A DNA stretch of 64,000 nucleotides from an uncultured virus (IMG/VR IMGVR_UViG_3300020048_000046) (Duplodnaviria; Heunggongvirae; Uroviricota; Caudoviricetes), in IMG/VR virus record IMGVR_UViG_3300020048_000046; one strand, written 5' to 3'. The translations under genes and the position numbers were made by a program. The notes beneath the pieces were generated by a model. It was not told the DNA's origin and searched no databases. It saw only the letters and a program-made list of their open reading frames with translations. This document shows, piece after piece, positions 56,867 to 64,000 of the stretch; position 1 is the first letter of the stretch; every line of letters begins with the position of its first letter.

Positions 56867-57344
56867 ATTTTTGTTTAATTATATAATTTTTCCAGGTTAA
56901 ATTATTTTGATTTGGTATATTTATATTTTCTATATTCACATCTAAATCAATCCCTTTATTTTCACACATTTTTATTAGTTTTTTGACTAATGGTTCAGAT
57001 AGTTCATTTGGTGAGGTATATACCGTATAATCATTTTCGATTTTACTAATAGCATAATTTAACCATATATTCATATCCGAGATATCTTCTCTATTCATTT
57101 TTCCAGATAATGTAACGGCACCGAGTATAATTAATAATTTGTTTCCCTCACAATAGTTTATTAAAAGATTTCCACTATCTGATTTTTTTGTAATTGCTTT
57201 TCTGGATGGTGTCATTCTAAGAGCCATCTGATCACCTTGTTTAATCATGTTTAAGAGATTATCATCATAGTGTAAAGACACAGCATCATAATATTCATCT
57301 ATATTTGCTTCTTGTTCTTCAAATAATTTAAATGTTGTTATCAT
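56865..57344 (-). CDS. hypothetical protein with MITTFKLFE N-terminus
   Basis: 159-aa ORF. Confidence 0.65.
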   Translation of the reverse strand: MITTFKLFEEQEANIDEYYDAVSLHYDDNLLNMIKQGDQMALRMTPSRKAITKKSDSGNLLINYCEGNKLLIILGAVTLSGKMNREDISDMNIWLNYAISKIENDYTVYTSPNELSEPLVKKLIKMCENKGIDLDVNIENINIPNQNNLTWKNYIIKQK

Positions 57345-57361
57345 ATATTAATTTATATTTT

Positions 57362-57595
57362 TTATGGTAGTGATGAATAAAAAGTATCTCTATCAGATGA
57401 TGATAAAAAACTAAATATTTGTGTATGATTTTCTATAGTACATATTACCATATATACCGTTTCAAAATTAGTTACAATATCTCTTTTAAAATATGATGCA
57501 ATTTTATCCATATTATATTTTATATCATACCCAGATGTTGTTCCAGTTGTAGGGTATACACATCCTGTTATACCACTTAATGCAAAAAATGCCAT
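57362..57595 (-). CDS. hypothetical protein
   Basis: 77 aa; TAATATATA upstream (57618-57626, minus). Confidence 0.6.
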   Translation of the reverse strand: MAFFALSGITGCVYPTTGTTSGYDIKYNMDKIASYFKRDIVTNFETVYMVICTIENHTQIFSFLSSSDRDTFYSSLP

Positions 57596-57629
57596 AATTT
57601 GTTTATTATTTTTTATTTATATATTAAAT

Positions 57630-58997
57630 TTATAATGTCTCTTTTTTTGGTGTAAAATTATCAAAATCTTGTGATCCTTTTTCTGGTATTTTTCCTTTTA
57701 TATCTTTTCCACCTTTTTTCTTTTTCTTACTTTCGCCTTCTTCAAATTCTGAATAAACATCAGGAAAATATTGATCACCGGCAGCATCTACTTCATAATT
57801 TAAATTAAAATAATCTCTGAAATTTTTTAGATCACTTTTTGTCAAATTTCGTTCTCTATTTATTTTTAAATTTCTATCTATAATAATATCTAATTTTTCA
57901 ACAAAATCATTAAACAGAGTTAGTGTAGTATCATTAAATACCCCAATAGCTTTCTTTTTCTTTGAACTAAATGATCCCAAAATAGATTTGAATATATATT
58001 CTATTTTTTCATCACCTTTAACATGTTCTATGGTTTCTTTATTGTTTATTAAATCTGTATTTATTTTAAATTTATCTTCTTTAAAAAAAGATGGTATAAT
58101 TAATTCCCAGGATAAAAGATTTTTTTTATTCGATTTAAGATATTCATTAAAAAGATCACTAATAAATTCAATATATAATTCTTCTTTTGTAACTTTACCC
58201 AATTTAAATTTTTCTAAATCTATTAATTGACAAAATTCTAAAAATTTTAATAATATAATTGAGTATGTATCAACATGTTCTGTATTATTATTTAATTCCA
58301 TTTTTCTATACATCGGGTTTAATATTTCGAATGAATATTTTGATTTTCCATCAATTTTTATAACTATTTTTTCCAGGTTATCATTAAATTCATTAGTATT
58401 CATTAAGAATGAATTTTCTATCCTTGGGTTTAATATTTTATAAAAGAAATATGCAAAATTATCCTCATCAAAAATATATTTCAAATCATTTTCTGCGGTG
58501 TTTAAATATAGTTCGATTATTTCTAATTGTTTTTCAGATAATTTACCTTTAAATACGACTGGTAGAACGTCAACATCAAATAATTTAGAATATTCGAATA
58601 TTTCATCATAATCATAAATATATTTATTTCCTTTTAGTATACAAGAAAGAATAAGATTATTTTTTGGTATTCTATTATATGATATGTTTGCCGGAGATTC
58701 ATCTGGAAAATATTCGAAACAGAACCACCAATTTGTGTTCATTAATTCTGTTATGTAATCTGGTCTAGTGTGAAAGTAAATATATGCTTTATTATAAAAT
58801 TTTTGTATTGCTAGATCCACAAAATTTAATGGATCCATATTAACACTTTTTGGTTTAATTATAAATTGTGTTCCTGACCAATTTACATATATTTTACTTC
58901 CTTGAACATCTTCATATATTAGAAGGTCTTTATCTTTTAGAATATCAACAAATTCATCAGCATTATCTAATGTTTTTATTTTTGCTATTTTAGTCAT
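57630..58997 (-). CDS. RNA-ligase-like protein, possibly catalytically degenerate
   Basis: IYEDVQGSKI at motif I position, FCFEY, LPVVFKG, LEKIVIK, FEILNP follow Rnl2-like motif order without the KxDG lysine. Confidence 0.45.
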   Translation of the reverse strand: MTKIAKIKTLDNADEFVDILKDKDLLIYEDVQGSKIYVNWSGTQFIIKPKSVNMDPLNFVDLAIQKFYNKAYIYFHTRPDYITELMNTNWWFCFEYFPDESPANISYNRIPKNNLILSCILKGNKYIYDYDEIFEYSKLFDVDVLPVVFKGKLSEKQLEIIELYLNTAENDLKYIFDEDNFAYFFYKILNPRIENSFLMNTNEFNDNLEKIVIKIDGKSKYSFEILNPMYRKMELNNNTEHVDTYSIILLKFLEFCQLIDLEKFKLGKVTKEELYIEFISDLFNEYLKSNKKNLLSWELIIPSFFKEDKFKINTDLINNKETIEHVKGDEKIEYIFKSILGSFSSKKKKAIGVFNDTTLTLFNDFVEKLDIIIDRNLKINRERNLTKSDLKNFRDYFNLNYEVDAAGDQYFPDVYSEFEEGESKKKKKGGKDIKGKIPEKGSQDFDNFTPKKETL

Positions 58998-59082
58998 TAT
59001 AATTATTATATTTTTATGTATATATTAAATTCGATATGGTCCATTTATGATTTATATATAAATAAAAAATAATGATAACGAA

Positions 59083-59403
59083 ATGCAAAAAATGACAAGA
59101 CTTTTATATGCTAATGGTATGGATCCAAACAAAGCAAAAATATTAAATGTTGAGACAACACATGGACAAAGTGTAGTATATGTTGAATATGAAAACATCA
59201 CATATTCATTAGATGGTTTTTCAAAGACTATTGTTGATTCTAATGATGTGAAAAAAACTTTTGATACTTCTGTATCACTTAATACAAAAAAACAAAGAGG
59301 GTGGCATTTCATGGCTGTTTATGTTGATCAAAGTGGTGTAGTATATCATAGGGGTATTGAACAACCAGAATTATTTGGTACATTGGAGCCAACAACACTA
59401 TAA
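59083..59403 (+). CDS. phage hypothetical protein
   Basis: RGWHFMAVYVD..G.VYHRGIEQPELFGTL.PT. Confidence 0.65.
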   Translation: MQKMTRLLYANGMDPNKAKILNVETTHGQSVVYVEYENITYSLDGFSKTIVDSNDVKKTFDTSVSLNTKKQRGWHFMAVYVDQSGVVYHRGIEQPELFGTLEPTTL

Positions 59404-59748
59404 ATTTGATATTAATTCTAAAAATTCAAATTTACTAACAACATAATAACTTTTAAAATAATTATTATATTTGGTTCTATACATTTTAGAATATTCTAAA
59501 AAATATTGTCTATGTTCTATTCGATATTTTTTATAATATTCTTTATTTTTTTCCCGATATATTTTATTTTTTATACTTATATCAATTTTATTTTTTTCTT
59601 TATAATTTTTATTTTTTTCTAATATTATTGATTTGTTTTCGGAATAATAATGTGAAGAATTATTTTTTAGACAGTCTTTACATGTATTTTTATAGTTATA
59701 AAAATCATCATCATTTTTTTCTATTTTACATTTATTACAAAATTTCAT
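59398..59748 (-). pseudogene. truncated homing-endonuclease-like ORF
   Basis: CNKC..EK...FY...CKDC plus YRExNKE repeats, with no nuclease domain. Confidence 0.5.
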
Positions 59749-59828
59749 ATAATTAATTGGAAATATCCGTTTTTTTTATAATACTATATATTAATAACAA
59801 TATATATAATAAAACAAACTATAAAATT

Positions 59829-60509
59829 ATGAAAAAATGGAAATTAATTAGAACCATGCTATCAAATGTTGGTTATTCCACAATTGATTCAGTGAGTGAT
59901 ATCGTTATCACTAACATAGATTCGGATGGATATATTTATTATACTGACGAACACGGAAATGCTGTAAAAGCATTATATAACAGTACTACACCTATTGTAG
60001 TTAATTCAGATACTACTTCAATATCATTTGCAACATCATTATATTTAGCCGGTTCGAGTGCTTATACTTATGCTTATGCTGTAACAAATCAAGACGGATT
60101 ATTAGTAACAAGTGAAACCACTTTCACAAGTAATAACCCTGCTATTGTTGCAACTGGTGCAACTGGAACATTAACAGCTGTTGCTTCTGGAACAACAACT
60201 ATTAATGTTGTCCATAATGATGGACCATCTGGTGTGACAAGTGTTACTGTTGGACCATTTGTTGATACTTTAAGACATAATCCAAGTGCAACTACTATGA
60301 CAACAGCTGCAACATACACTGCTAATATTTGGATAAATTCATTAGGTCAAAGTATTCCTGTTAGTCAGTTAACATTATCCGCAACAAACGGTACAATAAA
60401 TGCTGCTGGGGTATTTGCTTATACATCAACCGGAACTACAATTATAACTGCAACAGATAAAATTAAAACGTCTGTTTCTGGTACATTAACAGTTACGACA
60501 ACAAAATAA
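59829..60509 (+). CDS. Ig-like (Big_2-type) domain protein, likely virion surface
   Basis: TFTSNNPAIVAT..TGTLTAVASGTTTINV and a second GTTIITATD...GTLTVT. Confidence 0.7.
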   Translation: MKKWKLIRTMLSNVGYSTIDSVSDIVITNIDSDGYIYYTDEHGNAVKALYNSTTPIVVNSDTTSISFATSLYLAGSSAYTYAYAVTNQDGLLVTSETTFTSNNPAIVATGATGTLTAVASGTTTINVVHNDGPSGVTSVTVGPFVDTLRHNPSATTMTTAATYTANIWINSLGQSIPVSQLTLSATNGTINAAGVFAYTSTGTTIITATDKIKTSVSGTLTVTTTK

Positions 60510-60525
60510 TTTTTATATTAGAAAA

Positions 60526-60559
60526 TAAAATCTATCATATTTTTATGATAGATTTTTTT
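60526..60559 (+). terminator. intrinsic terminator
   Basis: aaaatctatcata-tttt-tatgatagatttt. Confidence 0.6.
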
Positions 60560-60571
60560 ATATATAGTAGT

Positions 60572-61006
60572 ATGATAACTAAATTTAAAATATTCGAATC
60601 AAATATGGTAGTTAATGTAAACCTACCAAATGATATTTTATCAATGATTATTGATACATTATCCATAGTAGCATACAAAGGTAAAAATAAAAATAACCAT
60701 AAAAATTTCAAATCAATACGAATAAATCATATTGATGGATACTATAATATGAATAAAGTGATAAATAAAGAAAAAACAGAAGAAACATTTTTAAATATTA
60801 TAATGACAAATAAAGACCAGATTGAAGCCAAATATACTAGAAGCATTGAAATAGATAATTTAATTGAAAATTCTATATCAGTAAAAATAAATGACGAATT
60901 AGTATATCATTTGGATAATGATCAATATGATATTAATAGTTTTATTGAGATGATCGGTTCTCAATACAAAAAATATTTAGAAAAAAAATGGAAAATAAAA
61001 AACTAA
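60572..61006 (+). CDS. hypothetical protein with MITKFKIFE N-terminus
   Basis: Start at ATG 60572 after TTTATATATA. Confidence 0.65.
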   Translation: MITKFKIFESNMVVNVNLPNDILSMIIDTLSIVAYKGKNKNNHKNFKSIRINHIDGYYNMNKVINKEKTEETFLNIIMTNKDQIEAKYTRSIEIDNLIENSISVKINDELVYHLDNDQYDINSFIEMIGSQYKKYLEKKWKIKN

Positions 61007-61107
61007 TAAAAAATTCTTGTAATGGTACCCGTGGATGTAGAATATATATCTTACCAAATGATCGCAAATTAAACCCTGTTTATACAAAAATAAAAATAAA
61101 AAAATGA
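60988..61107 (+). CDS. 39-aa basic peptide (not in ORF track)
   Basis: MENKKLIKNSCNGTRGCRIYILPNDRKLNPVYTKIKIKK; ATGA overlap with next gene. Confidence 0.4.
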   Translation: MENKKLIKNSCNGTRGCRIYILPNDRKLNPVYTKIKIKK

Positions 61108-61421
61108 TTATTTTTTTAATATTTGCCATTTCTTTTATGACTGCAGGTTTAAGTCTGTTTATTAAAAAATGTTTTGAATCTGGAATGATATTTAGACGAT
61201 GGTATTTATATCTAACATATTGGTGGATAAAATGGCATAAGAAAAAAGATAGAAGGAAAAGACCCATATTAAAAGTATTGGGATTGTGTATATATTGTTT
61301 CTCCACCTGGGTAGCAATATTCTTTTGTTCCGTTTTTATATCTATTAATCCATTAATAATATTCCTATTTATTGGGGTTAATTATATATGGTTAGAAATA
61401 TTAATGAAAATAATAAAATAA
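61104..61421 (+). CDS. membrane protein with CxxC (DUF1360-like pattern)
   Basis: Hydrophobic helices and LGLCIYCFSTW. Confidence 0.55.
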   Translation: MIIFLIFAISFMTAGLSLFIKKCFESGMIFRRWYLYLTYWWIKWHKKKDRRKRPILKVLGLCIYCFSTWVAIFFCSVFISINPLIIFLFIGVNYIWLEILMKIIK

Positions 61422-61424
61422 AAT

Positions 61425-62147
61425 ATGAAATACTTAAAATATTTTGAAAATAATAATAAAAATCAATTTTCATTCATGGAATTAACATCCTTAAAGAATT
61501 TAAAAATATCTAAAAATATTATTGGAGATTTCTATTGTACCGGTAATAAATTAACCTCATTAGAATTTGGACCAGAAACCATTAGTGGAAATTTTAAATG
61601 TTCTGAAAATAGTTTAACATCCTTGAAATATGGTCCTAAAAAAGTTGATGGTAAGTATGATTGTTGTCACAATTATTTAACATCATTAGAATTTATACCA
61701 GAAAATATTAGTAATATTGGTTGTAGTTATAATTTTTTAACAACATTAGAATTTAGTCCAGAAATATGTGATTTTGTTTATTGTAGTCATAATTATCTAA
61801 CATCTTTAAAAGGTTGTCCAAAAAAAATTAATGGTATTTTTAGTTGTTCTCATAATAAATTAACTTCTTTAGAATATTGTCCAGAATATGTTCGTGAAAT
61901 GTTTATTTGTAATGATAATAATTGGACTAATCCTATACCACATGATCTAGTTGAAAAATTCTCGTTTACTATAAATGATCTTTATACATTTGAACAAAAG
62001 AAAAAATTTAGATCATATAAATTCCAAAAACAATTTCTAACTGAATACCCTGAGAAATACAAAGATTTAATACAGATAGGTTATCATAAAAAAATAAAAG
62101 ATGAATTCGATTGGCTTTTCAATGCTGCAGATATGGGTCTAATGTAA
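61425..62147 (+). CDS. leucine-rich-repeat protein, paralogue 5
   Basis: MKYLKYFE, LRRs, IKDEFDWLFNAADMGLM. Confidence 0.85.
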   Translation: MKYLKYFENNNKNQFSFMELTSLKNLKISKNIIGDFYCTGNKLTSLEFGPETISGNFKCSENSLTSLKYGPKKVDGKYDCCHNYLTSLEFIPENISNIGCSYNFLTTLEFSPEICDFVYCSHNYLTSLKGCPKKINGIFSCSHNKLTSLEYCPEYVREMFICNDNNWTNPIPHDLVEKFSFTINDLYTFEQKKKFRSYKFQKQFLTEYPEKYKDLIQIGYHKKIKDEFDWLFNAADMGLM

Positions 62148-62165
62148 AAAATAATATATACTAAT

Positions 62166-62492
62166 ATGGAAACAAAGTTTAATAAATATAAAAATGATAA
62201 TCACCTTAAAGATGAGAATGAAATAGATAAATATGAAAAAGAACAAGAAGTAGAAATTGTTCAAATAACTGGTGTGATAAGCCAAGAAGAAGCTGCTAAA
62301 ATTGATGAAAATTTTGTGGTTAATGCCGGTGATTTTTCAGGAAAAAATATTAAAAGAGGTGATATTATTTGGTTAAGTTGCTTAATGAAAAAACCAGGAA
62401 CATCTTTTTCAGCAAATCAACAAGGTGTTTTAAAATGTAGAGTTAGTGATATTTACTTGGGATTATCAAAATTAAATTCTTTAATGAAATGA
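62166..62492 (+). CDS. hypothetical protein
   Basis: 108 aa; TAATATATA at 62152-62160. Confidence 0.65.
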   Translation: METKFNKYKNDNHLKDENEIDKYEKEQEVEIVQITGVISQEEAAKIDENFVVNAGDFSGKNIKRGDIIWLSCLMKKPGTSFSANQQGVLKCRVSDIYLGLSKLNSLMK

Positions 62493-62932
62493 GATATTTA
62501 AAATACTTTGAAAATCACTATAATATTACCACATCAGAAATATATAATGCCTTGGAAGATTCTATTGAAGAATTTAATAAAAATCATGATAGTGGATGGT
62601 ATATGCAAGGAGGATGTTATGAATTTGCATATTCTTTAGTATTGGTACTTAAACATTTTAATGAAGATTATAAAATTTGGACAATGGGTCAAGATATTCA
62701 TATAGTTGTAGAATTCAATAATAAATATTGGGATATTTCAGGACCAGAAGAAACATTATATGATAAAGAATATGATTTTTATACGGATGTCGATGAGGAT
62801 AGATCTTGGAAAATAATATCAGATAATGATCTTAAAAATTGTATTCACAAATCCGGACATCTATCCGGATATGAAAATGCGATTGAACTTATAAATTCAA
62901 TATCTAATGAATTAAATATACCCCCACAGTAA
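62489..62932 (+). CDS. MRYLKYFE-tag protein with possible Cys-His-Asp triad
   Basis: GGCYEFA...HIVV...YWDISG. Confidence 0.55.
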   Translation: MRYLKYFENHYNITTSEIYNALEDSIEEFNKNHDSGWYMQGGCYEFAYSLVLVLKHFNEDYKIWTMGQDIHIVVEFNNKYWDISGPEETLYDKEYDFYTDVDEDRSWKIISDNDLKNCIHKSGHLSGYENAIELINSISNELNIPPQ

Positions 62933-62995
62933 TATTTTTTACAAATATATTTTTTTATATCAAAATAAGTTTGTATATTTGCAAAAAAATAAATT

Positions 62996-63274
62996 ATGGA
63001 TAAAATAAATAAACTTATTAATAAATGTAAATGTGGTGTCCACATAACAATAAATAGTCATCGAGATTATTATGAAACGGTAGAACAACATTTTAAATCA
63101 AATCCAATTATTCAAGAAGATTTGGAAGATATACCTAAAGAGGTTTATGAAAAAATGATAGAACTAAACACTATAATAGAACTTCAATTTTATCCAGATA
63201 CACCAATTGGATCTTATAAAATTTATCATTATGATTTAGAAATGGCTATTGATGAAGCACTAACTATTATTTAA
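62996..63274 (+). CDS. phage hypothetical protein
   Basis: LQFYPDTPIGSY; TATATTTG upstream at 62974. Confidence 0.65.
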   Translation: MDKINKLINKCKCGVHITINSHRDYYETVEQHFKSNPIIQEDLEDIPKEVYEKMIELNTIIELQFYPDTPIGSYKIYHYDLEMAIDEALTII

Positions 63275-63325
63275 AAAGGTGCCACATTATGATATATATA
63301 TAATATATACTTATAAATAAAGAAA

Positions 63326-63697
63326 ATGGATGATGTAAAAAAAGCTAAAGGATTGAGATCTCAAGTTAATTCGATGTCTGTGGATGCAGAAGTATTAAGA
63401 GTAGAAATCGAAAATAAAAAAACCGAATATAATCAAAAACTCCAAAAAATTAAGAATATTAATTCTGAAATTAGGAAGATTGAAAATAACAAAAAACTTA
63501 AAGTATCAGAACATGCTATTGTAAGATATTTTGAAAGAGTTAAAGGATTCAATATAAGTGAAATAGAAAATGAAATTTTAAATGATTCTGTTTTAGATAT
63601 GGTTGAAAAATTGGGGGATTCCGGAAGATATCCAAATAGTAATAATTATATTGTAGTTTTAAAAAATTCAACAGTAACAACAATAATAACAAAATAA
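63326..63697 (+). CDS. coiled-coil hypothetical protein
   Basis: VSEHAIVRYFERV...VVLKNSTVTTI. Confidence 0.65.
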   Translation: MDDVKKAKGLRSQVNSMSVDAEVLRVEIENKKTEYNQKLQKIKNINSEIRKIENNKKLKVSEHAIVRYFERVKGFNISEIENEILNDSVLDMVEKLGDSGRYPNSNNYIVVLKNSTVTTIITK

Positions 63698-63699
63698 TC

Positions 63700-64000
63700 A
63701 TGAAAAAAATATTATCTATTTTATTTATTATATTATCTATGAATATAAGTGCTCAAACATATTCAGCTATTGGTATACTAGAACACAATAAATCTAATTT
63801 TATTGATACTATAAATGTTGTTTTAGTATTAGATACTATTGAAAATAATATTGTTATTGAAACATTAGAATCGGAACCAGAATATTATTCATGGTTTGAA
63901 CAAAAACATTCTAATTCAAAAATTAGGAAATATGTTTTATTGGATGTCAATGATGTAGAAGGAATAATAATATTTAAAAAAGATGAAATTATTATTGTTA
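63700..64000 (+). CDS. putative exported protein, runs off the window
   Basis: MKKILSILFIILSMNISA|Q signal-like N-terminus. Confidence 0.55.
   Translation, partial: MKKILSILFIILSMNISAQTYSAIGILEHNKSNFIDTINVVLVLDTIENNIVIETLESEPEYYSWFEQKHSNSKIRKYVLLDVNDVEGIIIFKKDEIIIV

Noticed and set aside
5107..60319. Many antisense or overlapping ORFs in the track (e.g. 5107-5634, 6482-6799, 7931-8323, 26129-26401, 60089-60319)
   Set aside because: Shadows of well-supported genes on the other strand or frame, with no motifs or expression signals
1..64000. Alternative genetic code (TAG or TGA recoding)
   Set aside because: Long conserved genes (ligase, PepF, terminase) are intact under code 11 and coding density is already high
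1..64000. tRNA or rRNA genes
   Set aside because: No cloverleaf or T-loop signature recognised by eye; a tRNAscan run would be needed to exclude them

Overview
Very AT-rich, densely coded segment of a large (jumbo-type, T4-like gene content) dsDNA tailed-phage genome read with standard code 11; it has four short N gaps. Many TTTG-N20-TAnnTTTG promoters point to a Bacteroidota host. Recognisable genes: NAD-dependent DNA ligase, family-B DNA polymerase fragments joined by a naturally split intein with a free-standing endonuclease between the halves, intein-containing large terminase, gp25-like baseplate protein, several homing endonucleases, repeat-helicase-methyltransferase fusion, oligoendopeptidase F, M16 peptidase, two radical SAM proteins, GMP reductase/IMPDH-family enzyme, RNA ligase, 2H phosphoesterase, nucleotidyltransferases, a kinase-fold protein and five LRR paralogues. 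The least explained signals are: (1) four covarying ~60-68 nt hairpins (GGCTAT...TACTTCTA...TTTCC) directly behind a 692-aa TerD-like gene, a candidate protein-ncRNA system; (2) eight tandem genes sharing the N-terminal peptide MKIRNGFVSNSSSSSF; (3) a C-terminal RxxKLxRIL tag on about 12 unrelated small proteins and an N-terminal MKxLKxFE tag on another set; (4) a phage-specific AAAC-N18-TATAA promoter class. All calls come from reading motifs by eye; no database search or folding program was run.
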